From IMG/VR virus record IMGVR_UViG_3300014205_000170, positions 224,001 through 288,000 of that record: DNA of 64,000 nt; one strand, written 5' to 3'. Source of the stretch: a virus (taxonomy: Duplodnaviria > Caudoviricetes). The notes under the pieces were generated by a model. That model did not search any database. It had not been told where the DNA came from and worked only from the letters and a program-made list of their open reading frames with translations. Position numbers and translations under genes: made by a program. Below, piece by piece: positions 7,994 to 18,039 of this stretch (the stretch's first letter is position 1; each line of letters opens with the position of its first letter).

Positions 7994-10024
7994 TTAAAAA
8001 TCTATTTCTAATTGAAAGGCTAAGAATCGACCCAAACTTTTTCTAATTGGGTAGGTTGGTTTACCTACTGCAACTAAATTACTATCTTGGTCAAGTATTC
8101 CTATTTCTGTTATGTATGTTTGTGAATCTAATTCTGAATCAAATGTATAATTGGTTGTTGAATTCAATTGGTCATTCTTCGCAGTTGCAACAATAGATGT
8201 TTTATAAGTTGTTGCCAAAATACTCACATCGATATTACCATAGAAAATTGCTTCATTACCAAAATATAAAGTTTCAGATGCTCCAGTAAAATTAGAAGTC
8301 AAATTATATGTTGAACCTGAATCAAAATCTTCTTGAGAAACAATAAAATTATAACCTGCCAACTTAAGTGGGTCAATAGTTAAATCGCCTCCTCCAGTTG
8401 TTTCTCCGGAATAAACTCCATTACCTCCAATGCTTTTATCCGATACTCGTTTCCAGTCTGTTGCCGGAACATTACCTTTATTATAAGCTGCTGAGGTTAA
8501 TTGTTCATTAACCAATAATTGAACGCTATTTGCATTCCAGCCGGTTCCGGAATATGAAGAAGATGGTATTGTGTTTGAACTACTTCTTAAATAAGGGAAT
8601 GACCTTGATGGAAATGATAAACTTAAATATTGTGCATTGCCATTTGTATCTGTTTCTCCATTAATTACAACAACATTTTCAGAATGTAATGCTGTACTAT
8701 AACCAAATGATGCTCCTGAAATATAACTTTGATGATTTTCAGGAAGATATGTAACAAAATATGTATATCCGCTTTTACATAAACCGGTTGCTTGAGAAGT
8801 CGTAAGTGGAAACTTAGGATTTGCTACTAAAGTAACTTGTGGTTCTGGTAATGTATAACTTCTGTTTGATTTATAAGATAAAGCAGTCAGTAATTCTTGG
8901 TCAGTTATAACTGCCATCTTTAATTTGTGATATACGCGTCCAACAACTTTACTTGTAGAACCAATTCCATCTCTTAAAAACCTAAAAGTAGTATTAGCAC
9001 TTACATCAAAGTAAGAATCTCCATAATAATCATAGGTTGTAAGACCATATTCAACACCTTGTCCATTATCTGAACCGATGTTGTGCCACATTACTGTTGG
9101 CATTGTCATTATAAATGTTCTTTCTATGAATTGTTCAGCATATGTATTCCCGGAATATTCATTTGTAAAATGGATGATTCCAATTGCTTTTGTATCAGAT
9201 GAAAAACCAAAATAGTGCTTTGTGCCACAATATTCCACAGAACCATAAGTAGTATAACCACTTTCAATATTCAATGTACCTTCAACGTTATTTGTTCGAA
9301 CAATATTCATGTTCCAAACCCTTGTTGCTTGTGTTACAGCAGAACCATAATAAGATTCAACGCCGTTATTTGGATAAAAATAGCAATTAATTTTTTGTGC
9401 TGTGTTAATTGTACCTCCAAAATTTGGTACATTTCTATCTAAAGTAACGTTTAAAGCAGATGTGCTTGCCGAAACACGATACCATAAAGAATTAGTAGGA
9501 TTACCAGAAGCCAACATTGTGTTTGTAACAAATGTTTTACCACTATTTTGAACTGGTTCCCATGGAATAAAAATTAAATCTCCTGTTTGAGCTGTGTATC
9601 CACCGGCATCAAAAACTAATGTATTACCACCATTCAAACTTGTTGAAGCTGAATAGGTAAAAGTTGCTTTTCCTAAATAACGATTTTGGTCTACTGCATA
9701 AGCGTTTGTAGAACCTGTAAAGAAACCAGCAGTTGTTGTTGTAGCCGTTGCTAATTGTCTTGCTGAGGTTACTTGATTGCCTTCTAATAAAAACCCATCT
9801 GAACCATCAAAATTGGTTGCAAATGGTGGTTGAGAATCTTTTGGAGCTAAAACTCTATTATTTGATAAATTAAAAGATGGAGTTCGACCAACAGAATAAT
9901 CCATTTCTCGGTCAGAAAATACAGCTTTTGTAAACACAAGTTTACCCAAAGACAATTGTCTCCTACCTGCATCAGTGAGCTTAATATTTATAAAAGTTTG
10001 TGGCTCGTTTGTTAAAAAACTCAT
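7994..10024 (-). CDS. virion structural/baseplate protein
   Basis: KLTDAGRRQL...FSDREMDY N-terminus and YITEIGILD...LVAVGKPTYPIRK C-terminus (tail-collar-like halves). Confidence 0.65.
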   Translation of the reverse strand: MSFLTNEPQTFINIKLTDAGRRQLSLGKLVFTKAVFSDREMDYSVGRTPSFNLSNNRVLAPKDSQPPFATNFDGSDGFLLEGNQVTSARQLATATTTTAGFFTGSTNAYAVDQNRYLGKATFTYSASTSLNGGNTLVFDAGGYTAQTGDLIFIPWEPVQNSGKTFVTNTMLASGNPTNSLWYRVSASTSALNVTLDRNVPNFGGTINTAQKINCYFYPNNGVESYYGSAVTQATRVWNMNIVRTNNVEGTLNIESGYTTYGSVEYCGTKHYFGFSSDTKAIGIIHFTNEYSGNTYAEQFIERTFIMTMPTVMWHNIGSDNGQGVEYGLTTYDYYGDSYFDVSANTTFRFLRDGIGSTSKVVGRVYHKLKMAVITDQELLTALSYKSNRSYTLPEPQVTLVANPKFPLTTSQATGLCKSGYTYFVTYLPENHQSYISGASFGYSTALHSENVVVINGETDTNGNAQYLSLSFPSRSFPYLRSSSNTIPSSSYSGTGWNANSVQLLVNEQLTSAAYNKGNVPATDWKRVSDKSIGGNGVYSGETTGGGDLTIDPLKLAGYNFIVSQEDFDSGSTYNLTSNFTGASETLYFGNEAIFYGNIDVSILATTYKTSIVATAKNDQLNSTTNYTFDSELDSQTYITEIGILDQDSNLVAVGKPTYPIRKSLGRFLAFQLEIDF

Positions 10025-10171
10025 TATTAGATTCTTTTTGGATAAATATACTTTAAAAATAAAATTAAGTAAATTCTAAACCATATTTTACCTATTCAAC
10101 AATCTTAAAAAATACCTGAATTAATTTTACTTTGCTTTTTTTTGGTTGAATATTTACATTAAACCAATATT

Positions 10172-12733
10172 GTGGCTGAAGTTCTAATAAATACCGGAAA
10201 TACACTATCTATTTTTTCTAGCCCAGGACAAGATAAACGTTTTCCAATCACAAGTTCTGATTCTGTATTCACATTTGGTGATTTTAGAATTGAACGTCCA
10301 AACATTTTTGATAATCTAGAATTATCATCAAGTGCCGTTTCTTTTTCTAATTTTTCAACTTTAGATAACTTCTCAGGAGATACATCCACAGAGATTCAAC
10401 CTTTCGGAACAAGTGAAAATGAACTTAATCCAGATGTAACCAATCCACAATCTTACGCTTATTTTGGTAGTTTTTACACAAAGGTTTCAAGAGCTATCAA
10501 TACATTAATAGAAACATTTCCTTACGCTATATTATCTTATACTAGTGGTTCTTCAAATACAGTTTTTGGATATACAACAGATACAGTAGCCGGAACTTCT
10601 ACTTTTAAATTAGCTTTATCCGGAATTTCAAATCAAGGCAATGTTATATTTGCTTCCGGAGTAACAGAAACAGACACAAAAACCTTATACAACAATTATA
10701 ATACGTATGGTATACAGTTTAGCGGAACTGCCAATACTCATACATATAATATAATAGGGTATCAATATACTACTGGTACAACCGGATATATGCAATTTAC
10801 TGTTGAGGGGTATATTTTCACAGGAAGTACTTCTGCAACCACAGAACCAATTTATGTTCGACCAACAGTTAATGATTATAGTCAATATCAACGAACCATA
10901 TCAAATTTAGAGTATCAATTGGCTTTTGATGGAACATTTAAAATTCCAGATATAGACAATGAAACTTTATCCACATATGAAACATTTACATGGCCAAGAA
11001 GTATCGATGGATTCAATTTAGATACATATGGAGATGATTATGATGATTATGTAGAATCAATTTTATTAGCAGCAACAAGAGTAGATGACGTAAAAACCTC
11101 TTGGATGACTCGAACCATGATTCCGGAACAATTCACGGAATTGGATACAGATACTCAAATTTATCAAAAATTAATTTCGACATACGCAGAAGAATTTGAT
11201 AGCATCAAAGGTTATATCGATAACCTTGCTTTTATGCATACTGTTGATTATGATAGAATTGAAAGTGTTCCTGATAAATTCATGTACAAGCTCTCAAGGT
11301 TATTAGCTTTTGATTTTCATGATGCCTTTACAGATACCGAAATCTTTGATTACTTTTTAACAGAAGATGAAGATGGTAAAACCCTACAAGATTACAACTT
11401 CGAATTGTGGAGAAAGATGCTTGTAAACATTGTATGGCTTTATAAGAAAAAAGGAACAAGAGATGCCATCATGTTCTTATTTAAATTAATCGGTGCACCT
11501 GAATGTTTGGTTAATTTAAATGAATTTGTTTACGAAATTGTAAAAACTGCTAGTGCACAAAATGCAGAAGCAATAGACCCTGCTTCGGCAGAACAAGATA
11601 CTCTTAGTAACAAAATAGATACTGATGGATATATTAATTTTGATGCTTCAAAATATATTTTTCAAGAAGGTGGGATACACAGAGGTAATGGTCAATCATA
11701 TTTAGACCAATGGAGTCCTGAATTTACTTTAAAGAAAATAGTTGATAATGTAAAAGTTTATACTGGAGACACAGAATTTGGAACAAGAAATTTAGTAAAC
11801 TCTAAAGAAGTCGATTTGTCTTTAAATCCAGCTTCTGCTATTGAATGTGATGTAAAAGATTGGTATACTTTAGGATTTGGACTTTGGAGTTGGGGCACAA
11901 CCGGTTTAACAGCAAGTCCATTTACAGTATTGGCTTTCTCTGGAATGACAGTACCATTCGAATGGACTCCAGACCCATATTCTATACTTAATATTCTTCC
12001 AAATAGCATTACTGCTATGACTATCTCACAGTGGATTGATTTTCTTTATGCTTCAAACGTAGACCCTACAAATCGAAAGACGGTCAGTAACTATTCCAAT
12101 CATATGGGACAATATATGTCTTTGAAAAAGATTTATATGACTTATATGTTATGGACCAATAACCAAGAATCCAATAGATTAACTTTTGGAAAAATGGAAA
12201 GGTTATTGGAATTGTTAGAGAGAAATTTCTTTGGTTATATGGAAGATTTTGTTCCAGCCACAACCATTTTAGAAAACATTTCTACTGTTTATAGAAATAC
12301 AGTTTTTGAAAGACAAAAATTTATCTATCCTACTGGCCTCAATGATGGGTCTGAATTTCAAAAAGAATTACCTCCTGAGCTTGAAAAAACTCTTGAAGTT
12401 GCTATTGTACAATCAACAGTTAATAATAATATTCAACCACAATCTCTTATTTTTTCAATAGAGAATTCAGTTGTTAATAATATTATTGCGCAAAACCCGG
12501 CAAATACTGTTGTGGCCACAACAGCAGCTCCGATAAACCCAAGTAATTTTAGCTTTACAGTAGTTTCTAATTTTTATCCTGAGACTGACCAGGATTTTAC
12601 AACAGCAAATATGTACACAACGCAAATTAGTAATTATTTCTCCGGAAATACAGTAGTTGCGTTTTATGGAGAAAACTCTATATTTAACACCGGCCTTACT
12701 ATAGGCTCAATAGCAATAGATAATATATCATAA
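10172..12733 (+). CDS. baseplate wedge protein (P2 gpI / T4 gp7-like domain)
   Basis: WRKMLVNIVWLYKKKGTRDAIMFLFKLIG and FVPATT motifs. Confidence 0.7.
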   Translation: MAEVLINTGNTLSIFSSPGQDKRFPITSSDSVFTFGDFRIERPNIFDNLELSSSAVSFSNFSTLDNFSGDTSTEIQPFGTSENELNPDVTNPQSYAYFGSFYTKVSRAINTLIETFPYAILSYTSGSSNTVFGYTTDTVAGTSTFKLALSGISNQGNVIFASGVTETDTKTLYNNYNTYGIQFSGTANTHTYNIIGYQYTTGTTGYMQFTVEGYIFTGSTSATTEPIYVRPTVNDYSQYQRTISNLEYQLAFDGTFKIPDIDNETLSTYETFTWPRSIDGFNLDTYGDDYDDYVESILLAATRVDDVKTSWMTRTMIPEQFTELDTDTQIYQKLISTYAEEFDSIKGYIDNLAFMHTVDYDRIESVPDKFMYKLSRLLAFDFHDAFTDTEIFDYFLTEDEDGKTLQDYNFELWRKMLVNIVWLYKKKGTRDAIMFLFKLIGAPECLVNLNEFVYEIVKTASAQNAEAIDPASAEQDTLSNKIDTDGYINFDASKYIFQEGGIHRGNGQSYLDQWSPEFTLKKIVDNVKVYTGDTEFGTRNLVNSKEVDLSLNPASAIECDVKDWYTLGFGLWSWGTTGLTASPFTVLAFSGMTVPFEWTPDPYSILNILPNSITAMTISQWIDFLYASNVDPTNRKTVSNYSNHMGQYMSLKKIYMTYMLWTNNQESNRLTFGKMERLLELLERNFFGYMEDFVPATTILENISTVYRNTVFERQKFIYPTGLNDGSEFQKELPPELEKTLEVAIVQSTVNNNIQPQSLIFSIENSVVNNIIAQNPANTVVATTAAPINPSNFSFTVVSNFYPETDQDFTTANMYTTQISNYFSGNTVVAFYGENSIFNTGLTIGSIAIDNIS

Positions 12734-14292
12734 TGGCAATAGAAAAATACATAACTTCGAGAACTTCCGGAAGTGGTACTAGCATGTCACAGGTTTTTTT
12801 ATCTAATACCATTGTTAAACATAATGAAGTTGTTTCTTCGCCATTCAATTTTGATGTTCCTGTTTACTCTTTAAATGGAGCCACATTTAATTATTACCAA
12901 CAAACAACAGATGGTATATCAGCAAGTTTAAACAATATAAAGACGGTTACATTTTCAATATCTGCAAATACTAATTCTCTTACAGGTACAACAAAAATGA
13001 AACACGATATCTATAAAATAGATTATGAAATTTATACAGCATTCACATCCAATCCAACTGTTTTAAGTTCAACTACAAATCCAACTATATTTTCGAGCGC
13101 AACTTTGAGTCAAGTTATATCTCCAACACTTGTTGTAAGTACTGGGACAACATCTGCTTTAACTCAAGCGACAATTAATATTATTTCGGCAGTTACAACT
13201 CCATTTTATACAGTTTATGAAAACGTAACAGGAGCTACTTTTTTAATAGTTTCAGCACACACCTTAACTTTACCTCAAAAAATTAAGCCTGTTGGACAAT
13301 ATACACAAGATTTCTTTTTAGATAAATCACAATATTTTATTGATTCAAAATTTGTCTTTGAAACAAATGTTAATCAAACAATTGGAGATATACAAAGATA
13401 TAGTGGAGACCAAATAGTACAAATATATGACATGCCATATAGTGCTACCACATATTTGGAATCTGCTTCTGCTACACATACAATAACTGGAGGAACGTTT
13501 AGTGGTGTTACTATTAGTGGGGCTACATTTACTTATTTTGTACCACCAAAAAAATCTGATATTTTTGTTGTAGATGGTCAACCATCAGTCCAAGGAACTT
13601 TAAATACCTTTGCTCCCATTTTTAGTTTTAAAAATGTAGAAGATGGTGATTATTATAAAGTACAAGTAAATTATAGTACAGGAGACACAACTTTCACAGG
13701 TGAAACAACTGTTTTTAAATTTCAAAGACAACTTGGAAATGCTGAATATGTAAGAACGGTTGCAGCAGCTCTAACTCCAAATGCAGATTTTATTTACAGG
13801 ATTGGAAATACAAAAGAAATAATAAATCTCTTTAATATAAAGCAAAATGTAACCACATGGAGTGAATTTACATATGCTAGAACTTCCAATGATGGAACAT
13901 TTACACTATCTGGTCATACATGGTTAAATCAGATTAACGGGTCTCCAGTTCAAAATGTTATATTAACATTAACAATTTTATCTACTAATTCAACTGTTGA
14001 CCTAGGCTCAGACACTCCAAATGACCCAAACACTATAAGTGAAGTGACAAATCCATTAGGAGGAGGAGTTGGTTCTACAATTACTATAACATCAGATGCA
14101 AATGGGTATTTTACATTTGGTAAAATAAATGGTGGACAATATACATTAACTGCTCAACACACAGACCCTTTAAATTTCCCAACGCAAACATTTAACTTTT
14201 TTTTAAGTACAGATACTAATATTGATATTGTTTTCAGTATTTTATGGGGTAACACTAATATTGACTTTCTTCAACCATATACATTCCTATAA
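12733..14292 (+). CDS. Ser/Thr-rich structural protein with Ig/FN3-like and carboxypeptidase-regulatory-like domains
   Basis: TSDANGYFTFGKINGGQYTLTA; DYYKVQV...YRIG; structural context. Confidence 0.55.
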   Translation: MAIEKYITSRTSGSGTSMSQVFLSNTIVKHNEVVSSPFNFDVPVYSLNGATFNYYQQTTDGISASLNNIKTVTFSISANTNSLTGTTKMKHDIYKIDYEIYTAFTSNPTVLSSTTNPTIFSSATLSQVISPTLVVSTGTTSALTQATINIISAVTTPFYTVYENVTGATFLIVSAHTLTLPQKIKPVGQYTQDFFLDKSQYFIDSKFVFETNVNQTIGDIQRYSGDQIVQIYDMPYSATTYLESASATHTITGGTFSGVTISGATFTYFVPPKKSDIFVVDGQPSVQGTLNTFAPIFSFKNVEDGDYYKVQVNYSTGDTTFTGETTVFKFQRQLGNAEYVRTVAAALTPNADFIYRIGNTKEIINLFNIKQNVTTWSEFTYARTSNDGTFTLSGHTWLNQINGSPVQNVILTLTILSTNSTVDLGSDTPNDPNTISEVTNPLGGGVGSTITITSDANGYFTFGKINGGQYTLTAQHTDPLNFPTQTFNFFLSTDTNIDIVFSILWGNTNIDFLQPYTFL

Positions 14293-14349
14293 AAAGAATG
14301 AGTATGGGTTAATTTTTATTAAGATATTTATACAAAAAAGCATTAGATA

Positions 14350-16299
14350 ATGGCAATTGGAGAACTTATTTATGGAGTAGACACCTTGAATCAAGGTAGA
14401 ATAAAGATTAATAATTTTTATTCCGGTCAAACTATTATTTGGTCTTCAAGTACAGGAACTTATTCTGTTATAAGAAATAATGTGGCTGAAAATTTAAATA
14501 ACGCCGCATTAGGATTTAATTCATTCGCAGCTGGAGCTTCTAATACAGCATCAAATAATTTTAGTATAGCATTTTGGGGAACAGGAAATACATCATCGGG
14601 TTATTTTTCTAGTGTTTTAGTTGGTAAAAACAACACAGCGTCAGGAAATTTCACAACTATTTTAGCCGGTACAAACAATACAACAAATTCAACTGCAGTA
14701 TATTCTGTAATCATAGGAGGTTCTGGAAATACTATTTCCAATGGTGGAAGTTATGCTACAATATTAAACGGAAGACAAAATAGTGCATCCGGAAGTGATT
14801 CTTTAGTATCTGGTATAAAAAATACTGCTACAACAACAAATTCAGCCATAATTTCAGGACAACAAAACGTTGCCTCCGGTATTCGTTCATTTATGGGGGC
14901 TGGATACTTAAATTCAGCTGCAACATCTACAAATATTGCTATTTTAGGTGGAACAAGAAATGTAATTTCTGGCGCATCAGCAGCATATTCAGTAGTTATT
15001 GGTGGAGTACAAAATAATGCTACCGGACCATCTTCAGTAGTGTCAGGTGGTTATAGAAATAGCGCAAGAGATAATAGAAGTTTTGTAGGTGCTGGTAGAC
15101 AAAATTCAACCGCTAGTGGTGCTATAAGTTCTGCAATTTTAGGAGGTAGTGGAAATAGTATTTCTACTACTTATGCAACAATTGGAGGTGGACAAACAAA
15201 CAGAATACAATCTAATGGTAATTATGGTTTTATTGGAGGAGGAAAAAATAATTTAATTAGCTCAACTTATGGTGTCGGCTCATCAGGTATTGTTGGTGGT
15301 AGTGGAAACACAATTAACTCTTATGGTACATTTAGTTTTATAGGTGGTGGACAAGGAAATAGAAGTGCAAATAATCGCGGTGCGATTGTTGGAGGTTCTA
15401 CCAATTATATTGGCGGTTCCAATGCTGGTATTCTTTCTGGATACAGAAATAGAGCAGTTGGTAGTAGTAGTGGTGTAATAGCCGGAAAAGGATGTTATGC
15501 AGCAAATGCATATGCTGCTGCAATGGGTGGAGGTGCACAAACAAGAGCATCTTTCTCTTTAGTTATTGGAAATCAAAATACCACAACTCCAAACGTAGCA
15601 AATAATACAATTTCATTATCAGGTAGTGTTGGATACGTTGTTGCAGAAGGTGGTTTTCAAACGGCAACTGCCGATTATGCCGAGTATTTTGAGTGGGAAG
15701 ATGGAAATCCTTCTAAAGAAGATAGACGCGGATATTTCGTTTCTTTGGTTGATGATAAAATTAAAATTGCAAATGATGATGTACTAGGAATTATTTCATC
15801 AGCTCCTGGATTTATTGGAGACACAGCTGAACATCGCTGGTCAGGTATGTACATTAAAGATGATTGGAATAATACAGTGTTTGAAACATATACAAAATAT
15901 GATTGGTTAAGTGAAGATAAAGAAATAAACTACATAGTATTCAAAGATAAAGAAGGAAATTTATATAAAGAATATCCACACGCTTCCTTTCCTAAAGGTT
16001 TGATTTTTGAAGGAGTGGTTCCTGAAAATGCTAAAGTAGAACAAATTATGGTTCCAAAAATGAATCCTGATTATAATCCATCATCAGAAGCATATATATC
16101 TCGTGCAAACAGACCAGAATGGTCTCCAGTAGGTTTATTAGGAAAGTTACACGTAAGAACCGCAGAACCTATTACAAGTAAATCTATTGATGTGAATAAA
16201 AAAGGTTTAGCTATAAACGGAACTAAATACAGAGTTTTAAATACTATTAGACCTCATACCGAAAGTCAATATGGTATAGTAAAAGTTTTCTTTAAGTAA
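14350..16299 (+). CDS. tail spike/fibre with beta-helical GGxxN repeats and C-terminal peptidase G2-type autocleaving chaperone
   Basis: DTLNQGRIKIN N-terminus; many (S/A)xIxGGxxNxx repeats; ADYAEYFEW ... RPEWSPVGLLGK. Confidence 0.85.
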   Translation: MAIGELIYGVDTLNQGRIKINNFYSGQTIIWSSSTGTYSVIRNNVAENLNNAALGFNSFAAGASNTASNNFSIAFWGTGNTSSGYFSSVLVGKNNTASGNFTTILAGTNNTTNSTAVYSVIIGGSGNTISNGGSYATILNGRQNSASGSDSLVSGIKNTATTTNSAIISGQQNVASGIRSFMGAGYLNSAATSTNIAILGGTRNVISGASAAYSVVIGGVQNNATGPSSVVSGGYRNSARDNRSFVGAGRQNSTASGAISSAILGGSGNSISTTYATIGGGQTNRIQSNGNYGFIGGGKNNLISSTYGVGSSGIVGGSGNTINSYGTFSFIGGGQGNRSANNRGAIVGGSTNYIGGSNAGILSGYRNRAVGSSSGVIAGKGCYAANAYAAAMGGGAQTRASFSLVIGNQNTTTPNVANNTISLSGSVGYVVAEGGFQTATADYAEYFEWEDGNPSKEDRRGYFVSLVDDKIKIANDDVLGIISSAPGFIGDTAEHRWSGMYIKDDWNNTVFETYTKYDWLSEDKEINYIVFKDKEGNLYKEYPHASFPKGLIFEGVVPENAKVEQIMVPKMNPDYNPSSEAYISRANRPEWSPVGLLGKLHVRTAEPITSKSIDVNKKGLAINGTKYRVLNTIRPHTESQYGIVKVFFK

Positions 16300-16501
16300 T
16301 TTGTGCATCATAATATTTTTCAAACAACACTATTTTTGCAGGAATAATTATTTTTCCTTCGTGAAAAAATAAAAACATACTTTCAACTTTTTTTTCTTTT
16401 AATACATAAAAATGTATATAAGCAAAACTAATACGTACACAAAAACCTTTTTTTGACTGCCCTATATTCGTGTTAATTATATATGTAGAACCTATATTCA
16501 T
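16292..16501 (-). CDS. small array protein (VLxEK family)
   Basis: IGSTY; KKGFC; AKIVLFEK. Confidence 0.7.
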   Translation of the reverse strand: MNIGSTYIINTNIGQSKKGFCVRISFAYIHFYVLKEKKVESMFLFFHEGKIIIPAKIVLFEKYYDAQIT

Positions 16502-16695
16502 AAATAACTTTTCTCAAACAACACAATTGTACAATGAACATATTGTAATTCAATTGCATAAAATATTTCTTTTTGATTTGGTCTCATTACAAAAAGTTCA
16601 AATGGCTTCCCTTCATTAACAACGAATCCTTTTCTATTTTCTTCTTTAAAGCGACATATCGTATCTCCGATTTTTATAGAATAATTATAACTCAT
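16498..16695 (-). CDS. small array protein (VLxEK family)
   Basis: IGDTIC; RKGFVV; CTIVLFEK. Confidence 0.75.
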   Translation of the reverse strand: MSYNYSIKIGDTICRFKEENRKGFVVNEGKPFELFVMRPNQKEIFYAIELQYVHCTIVLFEKSYL

Positions 16696-16704
16696 TGAAT
16701 TTTT

Positions 16705-16953
16705 TTAAAACGGAACAACATTCTCTTCTGAATATACTACTTTTTCAAATAAAACTATTTTACTTGGTATAAATAAATAAGGACTAGAATTAATGGTGTT
16801 ATTACCGCTAGGTGAAATGACTGACAAATTATAATTACTTGTACAATCTACTACAATTCCTTTTATTGCTTTTTTATATATTGATACATATATAGACGTT
16901 GGAGAATTACACACAGTGTCTCCATTTTTAAATTCAAGTTTCATCGAGGCCAT
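16705..16953 (-). CDS. small array protein (VLxEK family)
   Basis: NGDTVC; IKGIVV; SKIVLFEK. Confidence 0.75.
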   Translation of the reverse strand: MASMKLEFKNGDTVCNSPTSIYVSIYKKAIKGIVVDCTSNYNLSVISPSGNNTINSSPYLFIPSKIVLFEKVVYSEENVVPF

Positions 16954-17141
16954 CTAAAAGTTTTTTCTATTAAAACCATTTTACTTAATTTGTAATGCGC
17001 TTTATAAGTATTAAGACACAATTTAATATTTGATTGAATGTATTCCACAAATGTGTCATTGCATTTTAAAACAAAGCCTTTACATTCTCCAATTTTGGTA
17101 CAATCATAAACATTACAAATTGTATCACCTATCTCAAACAT
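16941..17141 (-). CDS. small array protein (VLxEK family)
   Basis: IGDTIC; CKGFVL; SKMVLIEK. Confidence 0.75.
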   Translation of the reverse strand: MFEIGDTICNVYDCTKIGECKGFVLKCNDTFVEYIQSNIKLCLNTYKAHYKLSKMVLIEKTFRWPR

Positions 17142-17353
17142 ATTTTTTCTATTAATACAATTCTAGCATTTATGAAATTTACATCTGGATTTCTATTATT
17201 ATGAAACTTCAATTTATGTCCTATTAAAATTAATTCTCGTGTTTTAATTCCAGTAATTAAATCTTTCATATTAAGAATAGCAAGTACATAACCTTTAATA
17301 CGTTTCCGTGTAAATCTATCAAATCCTATTACTGTATCACCTAATTTAAACAT
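17129..17353 (-). CDS. small array protein (VLxEK family)
   Basis: LGDTVI; IKGYVL; ARIVLIEK. Confidence 0.75.
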   Translation of the reverse strand: MFKLGDTVIGFDRFTRKRIKGYVLAILNMKDLITGIKTRELILIGHKLKFHNNRNPDVNFINARIVLIEKICLR

Positions 17354-17355
17354 AT

Positions 17356-17583
17356 TTAAAAAACTACTATTCGGTCCTCTAATCTAGGTTTATGTTTTTC
17401 TAACAAAACAACAGAACTAAGAAAATAAATTCTATTATATGAATTAATCACTGTTTTTATGTTAGTTTTAATTAAAGAAATATTATCAAAGTCACAATAA
17501 ACAACAAAACCTTTATCAAATCCTGGTTTATTATGAAGGTAATCAAATTCACATACTGTATCTCCTATTTCAAATTCAATCAT
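17356..17583 (-). CDS. small array protein (VLxEK family)
   Basis: IGDTVC; DKGFVV; SSVVLLEK. Confidence 0.75.
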   Translation of the reverse strand: MIEFEIGDTVCEFDYLHNKPGFDKGFVVYCDFDNISLIKTNIKTVINSYNRIYFLSSVVLLEKHKPRLEDRIVVF

Positions 17584-17636
17584 TAAATTCGTTTTTTAAT
17601 ATATCTTCGTATCCCAATATTAAATGAATTAGACAT
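17583..17636 (-). pseudogene. collapsed remnant of an array gene (17-codon mini-ORF)
   Basis: MSNSFNIGIRRYIKKRI*; DNA AATATTGGGATACG reads N-I-G then D-T one base out of frame, like the family N-terminus. Confidence 0.4.
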
Positions 17637-17640
17637 TTTT

Positions 17641-17973
17641 TTACCAAGGATATACTAATTTTTCAAAAATCACAAATGAATTTTCAATAGATTCATATTG
17701 TCTATCCTGAAAATAATATTTATCTATATCTACTTGTAATTTTTCTTTTGAAATAGATATTTTTTCATTTAAAACAATTCTTCTATTCTTTATTTTTCTA
17801 ATTTGTATCCAAGAATAAATTTGTCCATTATTAGACAAAATATCCATATTATAATTAAGTCCAGTTGGTCGCAAGGAACTTTGCGTTTGAAAAATGTTTA
17901 AAAGAATACCCTTTATTGTTTCGCCTTGTGCATTTGGCAAACCATGATAAGATATTGTATCTCCAACATTCAT
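17641..17973 (-). CDS. small array protein with two EK motifs
   Basis: VGDTI; IKGIL; RRIVLNEK and NSFVIFEK. Confidence 0.75.
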   Translation of the reverse strand: MNVGDTISYHGLPNAQGETIKGILLNIFQTQSSLRPTGLNYNMDILSNNGQIYSWIQIRKIKNRRIVLNEKISISKEKLQVDIDKYYFQDRQYESIENSFVIFEKLVYPW

Positions 17974-17977
17974 TGGA

Positions 17978-17985
17978 CAAATATA
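17978..17985 (-). promoter_or_regulatory. Bacteroidota -7 promoter box for array 2
   Basis: TATATTTG 4 nt upstream of the first array ATG. Confidence 0.5.
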
Positions 17986-17987
17986 AT

Positions 17988-18018
17988 AAAAAAAGGGATA
18001 CCTTTTTATGTATCCCTT
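17988..18018 (-). terminator. intrinsic terminator after T9SS cargo gene
   Basis: AAGGGATAC-N8-GTATCCCTT hairpin followed by a T-run on the minus strand. Confidence 0.75.
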
Positions 18019-18039
18019 CTCTTTAATTTAGACCGTATT

